Shown here one piece after another: positions 9,781 to 18,879 of a DNA stretch of 64,000 bases (its first letter is position 1; each line of letters opens with the position of its first letter). The position numbers and the translations under genes were made by a program. This DNA is from Candidatus Entotheonellaceae bacterium. GTDB lineage: Bacteria; Tectomicrobia; Entotheonellia; Entotheonellales; Entotheonellaceae. The stretch is taken from the NCBI GenBank assembly GCA_965238075.1, contig OZ250173.1:864001-928000 (forward strand), given 5' to 3'. A model generated the notes under the pieces. The model saw nothing but the letters and a program-made list of their open reading frames with translations. It had not been told where the DNA came from and searched no databases.

Positions 9781-9838
9781 CCCAACCCGTAATTCAATCG
9801 GACGCAGCAGAGCTGGGCCGCTTAATTCTGCGTTAGGT
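9780..9838 (+). mobile_element. attC recombination site (59 bp)
   Basis: R'' GCCCAAC, L'' ATTCAATCGG, L' CCGCTTAAT, R' GTTAGGT; imperfect palindrome with an extra unpaired base. Confidence 0.88.
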
Positions 9839-9871
9839 GGCGCTGGGAGAGCTACATGAGGTCAAACACCA

Positions 9872-10357
9872 GTGAGCACTGAAGAGCATAAGAGGAAGAA
9901 GAGTTTACGACTGGGTTGGGTACCGGTCGTTCTGGTTGTCATCGTCTTTGTGGGGGCACGACAGCTTCATCCGGGTGGAATTCGCGGTCTCATCGGCGAT
10001 TTCGCCACCAAGTCGTCATCTAACTCGGAGGTCAAGGCACTCAGCGACAGAATGTTGGCTTCACTCGTGCCGATTGGGGCGGCTGCAATCTGCCTAAAGA
10101 AGCATGGAGAGAATGCGGATCTAATGGATGCGGCAGTTAAGTACAACAATCGCAATGAGGTCGCAATGCAAGAACCGGCGTCAGAAATCGAAGCGGCAGG
10201 GGGAATGTCGCACGATGAGAAGGACCTCTTAGATAGAGAGGGTTACCGATCAGCACGTAGTCTTCTGGGTAAAGGACTTGGTGCCGAACAAGGATGCAGT
10301 AACTTGGCAGTCCGCATCAACTCCGGTGAGTCTGATCTTGACAAGACCAATAAATGA
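9872..10357 (+). CDS. Integron cassette 2: hypothetical protein with N-terminal membrane anchor
   Basis: Lower-GC ORF between GTTAGGT (9832) and the complementary ACCTAAC (10398). Confidence 0.7.
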   Translation: MSTEEHKRKKSLRLGWVPVVLVVIVFVGARQLHPGGIRGLIGDFATKSSSNSEVKALSDRMLASLVPIGAAAICLKKHGENADLMDAAVKYNNRNEVAMQEPASEIEAAGGMSHDEKDLLDREGYRSARSLLGKGLGAEQGCSNLAVRINSGESDLDKTNK

Positions 10358-10397
10358 TCACTACTGGCAGGTCTACTTTGTGCGAGTTCAGGGTGCC

Positions 10398-10424
10398 ACC
10401 TAACAAGCAGTTGCAGCGGACCGT
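10398..10424 (+). mobile_element. Truncated attC (left half only)
   Basis: ACCTAACAAGCAGTTGCAGCGGACCGT gives R'' + L''; no matching L'/R' half follows. Confidence 0.75.
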
Positions 10425-10538
10425 GAGATCGAGACGCTCTTTTCAGCCGGCTCCTACCGCCTCGTTTACGAAATCGACGAGTCAATGGCCCGTAACCTTG
10501 TCACGAAAATCCGTCAACGCAGCGAAGTGTATCGTTGA
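10425..10538 (+). pseudogene. RelE/ParE-family toxin C-terminal fragment
   Basis: Translates to ..GSYRLVYEIDESMARNLVTKIRQRSEVYR*, matching the RelE-type C-terminal pattern GxYRxxYEIDD..V..I.HR..VYR. Confidence 0.7.
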
Positions 10539-10553
10539 CCTGTGTAGGAAACC

Positions 10554-11435
10554 CTACGCCGTCAGTAGGCGCAGGGCGTCGCGGTATTTCTCGGCGGTCT
10601 GCGTGACGATCTCGGCGGGCAGTTGCGGCGCCGGCGGCGTCTTGTTCCAGCCGGTGCTGCTGAGGTAATCGCGCACGTATTGCTTGTCGAAGCTCGGCTG
10701 CCCGCGTCCCGCCGCGTAGTGCTCCAGCGGCCAGAAACGCGACGAATCCGGCGTCAGGATTTCGTCGATCAGGTACAGCTCGTCGTCCATCAGGGCCAGC
10801 TCGAACTTGGTGTCGGCGATGATGATGCCGCGTTCCAGAGCGTAGGCTGTCGCTTCTTGATACACCCGCAGGCTGGTATCCCGAATTCGCTCGGCCAGCC
10901 GGGTGTCGCCCCCCAGCACCCCGCACATCTCGTCGAACGAAATGTTGAGGTCGTGCTCGCCCTCCGGCGCCTTCGTCGAAGGCGTGAAAATCGGCTCGGG
11001 GAACTGCTCCGACTCGCGCAGCCCGGTCGGCAGCGGCAGGCCGCACACCGTGCCCTGCCGTTTGTATTCGGACCACGCCGAGCCGGTTATGTAGCCGCGC
11101 ACGATGGCCTCCACCGGCAACGGCTCCATACGGCGCACCACCGCGGCGCGGTCGCCGACCTGCGCAACCTCCTCGGCGCTCAGCACGTCGTCCACCCGCA
11201 CGCCGCTCAGGTGATTGGGCACCACAGACGCCGTGCGCGCGAACCAGAAATTCGACATGCGGGTCAAGATGCCGCCCTTGTCGGGAATGGGCGTCGGCAG
11301 GACGACGTCAAACGCCGACAGGCGGTCGGACGCTACGATCAGCAGATGCTCGTCATCGACCTCATAAATGTCACGCACCTTGCCCTGACGCAGACGCTTC
11401 AGGGAATGCAGATCAGACTCGAAAAGCGTGTTCAT
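10554..11435 (-). CDS. purC: SAICAR synthetase
   Basis: GKVRDIY, SDRLSAFD, EAIVRGY, IFTPSTKA, IIADTKFE, DEILTPDSSRFW, SFDKQYVRD; start reset to ATG 11435 (AGGAG RBS). Confidence 0.97.
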   Translation of the reverse strand: MNTLFESDLHSLKRLRQGKVRDIYEVDDEHLLIVASDRLSAFDVVLPTPIPDKGGILTRMSNFWFARTASVVPNHLSGVRVDDVLSAEEVAQVGDRAAVVRRMEPLPVEAIVRGYITGSAWSEYKRQGTVCGLPLPTGLRESEQFPEPIFTPSTKAPEGEHDLNISFDEMCGVLGGDTRLAERIRDTSLRVYQEATAYALERGIIIADTKFELALMDDELYLIDEILTPDSSRFWPLEHYAAGRGQPSFDKQYVRDYLSSTGWNKTPPAPQLPAEIVTQTAEKYRDALRLLTA

Positions 11436-11509
11436 CTCTCGTTCAACTCCTTTGCCAATGCCGGGTAGACGCTCCAGGCGCGGCCCCGGAGGATGGCTCA
11501 AAACCTCTT

Positions 11510-11611
11510 CCCCCTCACCCCAACCCCGGATCAAGTCCGGGGCAGGCCCTCTCCCGCCAGAGGAGAGGGAAGAACACCCTTTTTTACGGAAGTTAAGGTG
11601 CGTCACACGTC
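11510..11611. repeat. REP family B copy with the 24-nt insert (11524-11547) plus a MITE-like right end (11600-11611)
   Basis: CCCCTCACCCCAA[CCCCGGATCAAGTCCGGGGCAGGC]CCTCTCCC..GGAGAGGG; GCGTCACACGTC. Confidence 0.7.
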
Positions 11612-11641
11612 CGGAGGGGGCGGGGATGTTGGCAGCCCCCC

Positions 11642-12754
11642 TCAGACTGTTGGCGCCGCCCCGGCGAGCATGGCGGGTTCACTCAGGGGGGTGGTCGACC
11701 ACGATTTCAACTCCGGCAACACGTGCCGGACAAAGCATTGCATGTTGCGCTCGGCTTCGTCGTAAGGCATGCCGGCAAAGCCGAAGTGGCACATGATGCC
11801 GTTCATGTCGATCTTGTCGCGGATGACTGCCAGTTTGTCGAGCACCTGTTGCGGCGTACCCCAGGGCATCAGCTTGGTGAAGTCGCGCGCCGCGCCGTCC
11901 GTGCCGTGGCGCCCGATGTAGCGGCCGACGTTGCGGTAGAACTCGTAGCCCTTGTGGGTGCCGAAGTGCTCAGCGGTCATTTCGTAATGCCGCATGACGG
12001 TGTGGTAATAGCCGCCGATGTATTTGTAGGCCAGTTCCTCGGCGCGGTCGGCGTTCTCGTCAACGAAGAAGAACCCGCCGCAGAAGGGTTGCGGCGGCTC
12101 GCAGCCGTTCTCCTCGCGATAGACCTGGGTGTAGACAGCGAAATCCTGCTCGACGACATCCCACGGCTTTTGCGGGATCACCAGCAGGCCGACGCCGAGG
12201 CGCGCCATGATGGGCATCGATTCAGGCGACACCGCCGCCGCGAAGGTGCGGCCACGGAAGGACCGCATCGGGTACGGGCGCAGATCGCGGCGCGGCTGCT
12301 GCAGCGTTTCGCCGCCTTCCACGTAACCCCGCTCCAGCCCCTGCAGCACCAGTTCGGCGTATTCGACGAAGCGCTGCCGGCCCTCGTTCTGGTCGATCCG
12401 AAACCCTTCGTACTCCACCCGCGCCAGGCCGCGGCCAAGGCCCAGAATGACGCGCCCGCCCGACAGGTGATCGAGCATCACGATCTGCTCGGCCACCCGC
12501 ACCGGATCGTGCCATGGCAGCACCACGACCATCGAGCCCAGCTTGACGCGCTGCGTCTTGCCGGCCATGTAGGAGAGAAACTGCAGCACGTCCGGGCACA
12601 TGGTGTAATCGGTGAAATGGTGCTCTACCGACCACACCGAGTCGAACCCGAGGGGCTCGGCCAACTCGGCGAGCCGCAGTTCCTGGGCATAGACCTCGGC
12701 GTCCGAAAGGGCGTTGCCGGGATTCTGGAAAAGCGGTGCGTAACCCACGTGCAT
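11642..12754 (-). CDS. LLM-class (luciferase-like) flavin-dependent oxidoreductase
   Basis: AEPLGFDSVWSVEHHF, LPWHDPVRVAE, DHLSGGRVILGLGRG; start ATG 12754 with AGGAGG RBS. Confidence 0.92.
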   Translation of the reverse strand: MHVGYAPLFQNPGNALSDAEVYAQELRLAELAEPLGFDSVWSVEHHFTDYTMCPDVLQFLSYMAGKTQRVKLGSMVVVLPWHDPVRVAEQIVMLDHLSGGRVILGLGRGLARVEYEGFRIDQNEGRQRFVEYAELVLQGLERGYVEGGETLQQPRRDLRPYPMRSFRGRTFAAAVSPESMPIMARLGVGLLVIPQKPWDVVEQDFAVYTQVYREENGCEPPQPFCGGFFFVDENADRAEELAYKYIGGYYHTVMRHYEMTAEHFGTHKGYEFYRNVGRYIGRHGTDGAARDFTKLMPWGTPQQVLDKLAVIRDKIDMNGIMCHFGFAGMPYDEAERNMQCFVRHVLPELKSWSTTPLSEPAMLAGAAPTV

Positions 12755-12770
12755 GACGTGCCTCCTCACA

Positions 12771-12972
12771 GAAGTATGATGCCACCTAAATTGCCGCGAA
12801 GGGTCTTTTCCCCTCTCCCCTGGCGGGAGAGGGTCGGGGTGAGGGGGAAAGCGGGGCAAAGGGAGCAACAAAGTGGTATCGGGTGCCACGGGGAGCAGCC
12901 CCTCTCCCTAGCCCTCCCCCACAATGGCGGGAGGGAACGGCCGCCGGGTGACTGTCGCTTGCGTCACGCCTC
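12771..12972. mobile_element. MITE-like element containing an inverted pair of family-B REPs
   Basis: Ends GAAGTATGATGC / GCGTCACGCCTC (imperfect TIR), flanked by ACA on both sides; CCTCACAGAA occurs at both 12764 and 12969. Confidence 0.6.
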
Positions 12973-13001
12973 ACAGAATTGCGACGGGTGAGCGGCGGGT
13001 C

Positions 13002-13793
13002 TCAGTAGGCCGGAATGGCGCCGGCCTTCACGTTGCCCTGCCGCATGACGGCGACTTCCTCGGCTGCCTTGGCCGCCATGAAGCGGCTCTCCGACGCGAT
13101 GGTGACGAACTGGAACCCCTCTTCGATCATCTTGAGGGCGTATTGCGGCGTGTTGTTGTGCAGGCCGGCGATGACGCCGTACTTCTTGCAGGTGGAAACG
13201 ATGCGCCGCAGCGCGTCCACCACCGCGGGCTCGTCCTGATCCAGACGCGGCTTGTAGCCCAGAGCCAGGCTCAGATCCGAAGGGCCGACGTAGACCGCGT
13301 TAATGCCGGGCACCTGCAGGATGGCATCGAGGTTTTCGAGGGCTTCGGCGGTTTCGATCATCGGCATGACCAGCACGTCGTCGTTGGCGTGGTCGCCGTA
13401 ATCCGCCCCCGCGTAAATGGAGGCGCGCACCGGCCCCCAACTGCGGTAGCCCTGCGGCGGGTATTTACAGGCTTTCACCATGGCTTCGGCCTGCTCGACG
13501 GTGCTGATCATCGGGCAGATCACCCCGAATACGCCGGCGTCGAGGATTTTCATCAGCAGCGCCGGATCGTTCCAGGCGACGCGCGCCAGGGGGATGGTGC
13601 TGGTGGTGGAGACCGCCTGCAGCATGGTGACGGCGGTCTGGTAGTCGACAACGCCGTGCTGCATGTCGACGGTCAGCGAATCGAACCCCTGGTGGGCCAT
13701 GATCTCGGCGGAGAAAGCGCTGGGGATCGACAGCCAGCCGTTGACGACGGCGTCGCCGCGCGCCCAGATCGCTTTCAGTGTGTTCTCGCGCAT
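13002..13793 (-). CDS. HpcH/HpaI-family aldolase
   Basis: GFDSLTVDMQHG, ILDAG..GVICPM, YPPQGYRSWG, MIETAEAL, YVGPSDLS. Confidence 0.92.
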   Translation of the reverse strand: MRENTLKAIWARGDAVVNGWLSIPSAFSAEIMAHQGFDSLTVDMQHGVVDYQTAVTMLQAVSTTSTIPLARVAWNDPALLMKILDAGVFGVICPMISTVEQAEAMVKACKYPPQGYRSWGPVRASIYAGADYGDHANDDVLVMPMIETAEALENLDAILQVPGINAVYVGPSDLSLALGYKPRLDQDEPAVVDALRRIVSTCKKYGVIAGLHNNTPQYALKMIEEGFQFVTIASESRFMAAKAAEEVAVMRQGNVKAGAIPAY

Positions 13794-13947
13794 CGGTTCG
13801 GTTTCTCCTTACTCTGATTCTGGCAATGTCGCAGGGCGGCACGCTACGCGGTTTGACGGCAGCGGTAGGAAAGCGTACAAAATGAGGCGGCGGGCAAGCG
13901 GGTCCCGCCTGTCATCCGCTCACGTATTTCAGGGAGAATCATATACG

Positions 13948-15804
13948 ATGCGAACTTCAGTCACCAGCGACCCCAAACAGCTTACGGATTACCGTTTTCG
14001 GCGTGTGCGCATCGATCTCGGAGAGGCGCGAATCGAGCAAGAGGAGATCGCCTGCGCGGACGTGGAGGACTTCCTCGGCGGCATCGGACGCGCCTTCAAA
14101 TCCCTGGCTGAGCACGACGTGAGCGACGCCTACGCACCCGCGGCGCCCCTGATCATGAACCTCGGCGTCTTCTCCGGCACGGAACTCATGACCGGCCTGC
14201 GTGTGTTCTTCTCCGCCTACAGCCCGCTCAAGGCAGCCAACAACGGCCAACCGCTCGCCATGTGGTCGACGGCCTCCGGCAAATTCGGTACCAAGATGCT
14301 CGCCGCCGGCGTAGACGAAGTAGTGTTCGTCGGTCGGGCGGCGCGTCCGGTCTATCTGTTGATCTGCAACGATGACGGCAACCTGAGCTTGTCGCTGGAA
14401 GACGCCGGCGACCTTGTTGGGCAAACGACGCACGACAAGATCATGCAACTGGCCGATCGGCACGCTGACGCGCACGTGGCGGCGCTGGGACCGGCGGGCG
14501 AGAACTGGCAGCACAACGCCTACGCGGCGATCGCCTGCAGCACGGTCAACCAGTTGCAATCGCGGCAGTGCAAGCCCAGGTTTGCCGGGCGCGGCGGCAT
14601 GGGCAGCGTCATGGGCTCGAAGAACCTGCTGGCCGTGGTGGCCCAGGCGCCCGACCTGAAACGCGGCAAGCTGCCCGCCGAGGTGCGGGACGCCAACAAG
14701 GAAATCAGCCGCGGTGAGGGCTCGCGCAATTACCGCGACGCCAAAAAGGCCAACGGCGCCGGCGGCACCTGGCGCAACGTCGCCGGTCTCCATCCCATGG
14801 GCGCCCTGCCGGAAACCAATTTCTGGCCGCAGGGCGACGACTCGCCATCCAGCCTGTACCGCAGTTCCATGGAGGAGCCGTACCTCATCAAGGACGAGTC
14901 GTGCTACCAGTGCGGCATCGCCTGCCACAAGAACATCTACGACGTCGATGAGTCCGACGGCCGCCGCAAGGCCGGCAAGTTCTACGCCAAGTTCGATTAC
15001 GAGCCGCTCGACCTGATGACCATCAACCTCGGCATCTACGATCAGCATCAGGCGCTGGACCTCGTCGAGCTGGTCGATCAGTTGGGCTTCGATTCGATCA
15101 GCCTCGGCGTGACGCTCGGCTATGCCATGGACTACAACCGCCAGCACCCCGAACAAGCCATTCTCGGCGGCTTGAGCTTCGGCGATTTCGCCGCCACCTG
15201 CGACGTCATCCGCAAGACCGCAGCCGGCGAGTGCCCGGAGATCGGCCTGGGCGTCAAACGCCTCTCGGAAGCCCTTGGCGAGACCGACTACGCCATGCAC
15301 TGCAAGGGCCTGGAACTGCCCGCCTACCTGCCGGAAACCAACCCCGGCTATCCGTTCGCCATCGCCGGCGGCCACATGTCGATGCGCACCTTCCTGCTGC
15401 TCGTCTTCGAGGGCCGAACCGAGCTTGACTACTGGGTGGACGCCATCGTCAACAAGGGCATCTACTACACGCGCGACGACCTCCTGGGCCTGTGCAAGTT
15501 CGCCGGCACCCCGGACGCCGTCATCGAGCCTTCCTTCCGCAGCCTTTTCGGCGTCGAGGTGACCACCGCAGACCTCATGCACGCCACCCAGCGCACCTAT
15601 CTGCGCGGCCTGCTTTTGGAGCGCAAACAAGGCGCCACCCTGGATGATTACGTCCTCCCCGCCCGCTCCTATCAGCACAACCCGCACGTCCAACTGCCCC
15701 ACTTCGTGACGCCTGAGTTCATGCACGACCTGCGCCAGCAGGTGTTCGAGGCCTTCGACGAGCAGATTGAGGAATACGGGTTGGCTGCGACAGCGGGCGG
15801 GTAA
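13948..15804 (+). CDS. Aldehyde:ferredoxin oxidoreductase family (W/Mo-pterin, 4Fe-4S)
   Basis: SPL, GPAGE, RFAGRGGMGSVMGSKNL, CYQCGIAC, YEP, LGFDSIS, KGLELPAYLP; start ATG 13948 after GGGAG. Confidence 0.9.
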   Translation: MRTSVTSDPKQLTDYRFRRVRIDLGEARIEQEEIACADVEDFLGGIGRAFKSLAEHDVSDAYAPAAPLIMNLGVFSGTELMTGLRVFFSAYSPLKAANNGQPLAMWSTASGKFGTKMLAAGVDEVVFVGRAARPVYLLICNDDGNLSLSLEDAGDLVGQTTHDKIMQLADRHADAHVAALGPAGENWQHNAYAAIACSTVNQLQSRQCKPRFAGRGGMGSVMGSKNLLAVVAQAPDLKRGKLPAEVRDANKEISRGEGSRNYRDAKKANGAGGTWRNVAGLHPMGALPETNFWPQGDDSPSSLYRSSMEEPYLIKDESCYQCGIACHKNIYDVDESDGRRKAGKFYAKFDYEPLDLMTINLGIYDQHQALDLVELVDQLGFDSISLGVTLGYAMDYNRQHPEQAILGGLSFGDFAATCDVIRKTAAGECPEIGLGVKRLSEALGETDYAMHCKGLELPAYLPETNPGYPFAIAGGHMSMRTFLLLVFEGRTELDYWVDAIVNKGIYYTRDDLLGLCKFAGTPDAVIEPSFRSLFGVEVTTADLMHATQRTYLRGLLLERKQGATLDDYVLPARSYQHNPHVQLPHFVTPEFMHDLRQQVFEAFDEQIEEYGLAATAGG

Positions 15805-15805
15805 A

Positions 15806-16019
15806 GGACATATTCGCCTGATCTCGGCTCGTCTGGCGTCAACCAAGGAAAGGCAGGCTTACCATGAACAGATGCGATAGCCCCCTCACGCCCGAACAGA
15901 TCGCGGCCACAAAGGACGAGGACATCGATTTCAGTGACATTCCCGAACTGGACGAAACCCTCTGGCGGCAAGCGCGCCTCGTCGAACCCGACCGCCGATC
16001 GGTGGGCGACGAAGCGTAG
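15806..16019 (+). pseudogene. BrnT/BrnA toxin-antitoxin relic (toxin C-terminus plus antitoxin N-terminus)
   Basis: 15806-15880 GHIRLISARLASTKERQAYHEQMR* (BrnT IRxISAR..ER..Y); 15864-16019 M..LTPEQIAATKDEDIDFSDIPELDETLWRQARLVEP..* (BrnA N-terminus without the RHH domain). Confidence 0.75.
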
Positions 16020-16110
16020 CTGATTCGCCGGGACGTGGCTGGGTTCGACTTTGCAGGCGGTTTCATGGGCATAACCCTGCAAGGAACTCTTACCCAACGG
16101 CGAAGGACGA

Positions 16111-18879
16111 GTGATGTCGATTGCCAACCAGACACCCGAGCAGGCAGCGCGGGACGTGATCGACGGGATGCTGCGTGAAGCGGGGTGGGTGGTTCAGAGC
16201 AACAAGAAGATCGACTTCAGGGCCGGCCCCGGTGTCGCTGTTCGTGAGTATCAGACGGACGCCGGTCCCGCCGATTACGTCCTCTTCGTCGGCAAGAAGC
16301 CCGCCGGGGTGATCGAGGCCAAACCGGATCACCGGGGTCAGAACATCACGACGGTCGAGGAGCAGTCCGCGACCTATGCCGCCGCCAGGCTCAAGTGGCT
16401 GAACCATTCAGAGCCGCTGACGTTCGTGTACGAAAGCACCGGCGTGTTGACACGGTTTACCAACACGCGCGATCCGAAACCACGCTCCCGGGAGGTGTTC
16501 CATTTCCCTCGCCCGGAGACGATGCAAGAATGGCGTTCCCGGCCGGCCACGCTCCGCACGCGGCTGCAGGCGCTGCCGAGTCTGGACCCCGCCGGATTGA
16601 GAGCGTGCCAGGTCAATGCCATCGAGGGGCTGGAGGCATCCTTCCAAGACGACCGCCCGCGCGCCCTCATTCAAATGGCGACCGGCTCGGGCAAGACCTA
16701 CGCCGCCATCACGTCGATCTACCGGCTGCTCAAGCATGCCGACGCCAAGCGCGTCCTCTTTCTCGTCGACACCAAGAACCTGGGCGAACAGGCCGAGCAG
16801 GAATTCATGGCCTACGTGCCCAGCGACGACAATCGCAAGTTCACCGAGCTCTACAGCGTCCAGCGCCTCCAATCGTCCTTCGTCGCCAAGGACAGCCAGG
16901 TCTGCATCAGCACCATCCAGCGTATGTACGCGCTGCTGAGGGACCAGGACATGGACGAAGCCGCCGAGGAAATCAACCCGGCGGAGATGGTGCAGATCAG
17001 ACAGCCGAAGCCGGTCGTCTATAACCCGAAGATTCCGCCCGAGTTCTTCGACTTCATCATCATCGACGAATGCCACCGCTCGATCTACAACCTGTGGCGC
17101 CAAGTCCTGGAATACTTCGACGCCTATCTCGTCGGCCTGACGGCCACGCCGGACAACCGCACCTATGGATTCTTCGGCAAGAACGTCGTCAGCGAATACG
17201 ACCATGAGCAGGCCGTCGCCGACGGTGTCAACGTCGGCAACGAAATCTACGCCATCGACACGCTGAGGACGCAGCGCGGCGGTCAACTCAGGGCGCACCA
17301 GCAGGTCGAGAGGCGCGAACGGCTGACGCGCCGCAAGCGCTGGGAGATTCAGGACGAGGCCGTCGTCTATACCGGCAAAGAATTGGACCGTTCCGTCGTC
17401 AACCCGGACCAGATTCGCACCGTCGTCCGCACCTTCCGCGACAGGCTGCCGGAGATATTCCCGGGCCGCGCCGAAGTCCCGAAAACGCTCGTTTTCGCCA
17501 AGACCGACAGCCACGCCGACGACATCATCCAGACCGTGCGCGAGGAATTCGGCGAAGGCAACGAGTTCTGTAAGAAGGTCACCTACAAGGCCGCGGAAGA
17601 CCCGAAATCCGTCCTCGCCCAGTTCCGCAACGACTACTACCCGCGCATCGCCGTGACCGTGGACATGGTCGCCACCGGCACCGACGTCAAGCCACTCGAA
17701 TGCCTGCTCTTCATGCGCGACGTGAGGAGCCGCAACTATTTCGAGCAGATGAAAGGCCGCGGCACCCGCACCCTCGACCACGACGACCTCAAGAAAGTCT
17801 CGCCCTCCGCCGTCAGCGGCAAGACCCACTACGTGATCGTGGACGCCGTCGGCGTCACCAAATCCCTCAAGACCGCCAGCCAGCCACTCATCACCAAACC
17901 TGCCGTGCCACTCAGGGACCTCGCCATGGGCGTGATGATGGGCGTGCACGACGAAGACACCGTGAGTTCTCTGGCCGGCCACCTTGCCCGGCTCAACCGG
18001 CGACTCGACCCCGCCGAGCAGGAACGTATTCGCGAAAAGGCGGGCGGTATCGAGTTGACCGGCATCGTCGGCAATCTGCTGCAAGCCATCGACCCGGACC
18101 GGATTGATGAGAAGGCCCGCGAGATTGGATCGGTGCCCGGCGTTGCCGAGCCGTCACCGGCCGCACGCGACAAGGCTCAGGAGCAGTTGGTGGGTGAGGC
18201 GGCCAGCGTGTTCAACGGCGAGTTGATCGAGCTGATCGCCTCGATTCACCATGCCAAGGACCAGACCATCGACCATGACAGCCTGGACACCGTGCTACGC
18301 GCCGAATGGGAAGGCGACGCGCACGAGAACGCCAAGGCCATGGCACAGGACTTCCAGCACTATCTGGAAACCAACCGCGATGAAATCGAAGCCCTGACCA
18401 TCTTCTACGCCCAGCCGCACCGTCGCCGCGAGTTGACCTACGCCATGATCCGAGAGGTGTTCGACAGACTGAAGAACGACCGGCCCCGACTGTCCCCTTT
18501 GCGGGTCTGGCAGGCGTATGTCCTGCTCGACGACTACAAAGGTGCCCAACCCGTTCGCGAACTGACCGCACTCGTCGCGTTGGTCCGCCGCGCCTGCGGC
18601 ATTGACAGCCAACTCTTGTCCTACTCGGAAACCGTACGCCGCAATTTCCAGAATTGGATCATGACCCGCCACAGCGGCAGCGGCGAGAAGTTCAACGAGG
18701 CGCAGATGGAGTGGCTGCGCATGATCCGTGACCACGTCATCACCTCGTTTCATCTGGAGCGCGACGATCTGGACATGGCTCCGTTCGATGGCAAAGGCGG
18801 TATGGGGCAGATGTACAAGCTCTTCGGCGACTGGATGGATGATGTGATTGATGAGTTGAACGAGGCGTTGGCCGCATGA
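16111..18879 (+). CDS. hsdR: Type I restriction enzyme R subunit
   Basis: PEQAAR..ID..L..AGW, ADYVLF..VIEAK nuclease motif, MATGSGKT, DECHRS, LTATP, QMKGRGTR. Confidence 0.95.
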   Translation: MMSIANQTPEQAARDVIDGMLREAGWVVQSNKKIDFRAGPGVAVREYQTDAGPADYVLFVGKKPAGVIEAKPDHRGQNITTVEEQSATYAAARLKWLNHSEPLTFVYESTGVLTRFTNTRDPKPRSREVFHFPRPETMQEWRSRPATLRTRLQALPSLDPAGLRACQVNAIEGLEASFQDDRPRALIQMATGSGKTYAAITSIYRLLKHADAKRVLFLVDTKNLGEQAEQEFMAYVPSDDNRKFTELYSVQRLQSSFVAKDSQVCISTIQRMYALLRDQDMDEAAEEINPAEMVQIRQPKPVVYNPKIPPEFFDFIIIDECHRSIYNLWRQVLEYFDAYLVGLTATPDNRTYGFFGKNVVSEYDHEQAVADGVNVGNEIYAIDTLRTQRGGQLRAHQQVERRERLTRRKRWEIQDEAVVYTGKELDRSVVNPDQIRTVVRTFRDRLPEIFPGRAEVPKTLVFAKTDSHADDIIQTVREEFGEGNEFCKKVTYKAAEDPKSVLAQFRNDYYPRIAVTVDMVATGTDVKPLECLLFMRDVRSRNYFEQMKGRGTRTLDHDDLKKVSPSAVSGKTHYVIVDAVGVTKSLKTASQPLITKPAVPLRDLAMGVMMGVHDEDTVSSLAGHLARLNRRLDPAEQERIREKAGGIELTGIVGNLLQAIDPDRIDEKAREIGSVPGVAEPSPAARDKAQEQLVGEAASVFNGELIELIASIHHAKDQTIDHDSLDTVLRAEWEGDAHENAKAMAQDFQHYLETNRDEIEALTIFYAQPHRRRELTYAMIREVFDRLKNDRPRLSPLRVWQAYVLLDDYKGAQPVRELTALVALVRRACGIDSQLLSYSETVRRNFQNWIMTRHSGSGEKFNEAQMEWLRMIRDHVITSFHLERDDLDMAPFDGKGGMGQMYKLFGDWMDDVIDELNEALAA

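Noticed and set aside
4087-12978. CRISPR array or structured ncRNA in the repeat-rich intergenic regions
   Set aside because: The repeats are dispersed palindromes without regular repeat-spacer periodicity; no cas genes; no RNA family recognised.
11436-13947. N-terminal extensions of purC, the LLM gene and AOR given in the ORF track
   Set aside because: They run through REP repeats or the neighbouring gene; RBS-supported downstream starts fit family lengths.
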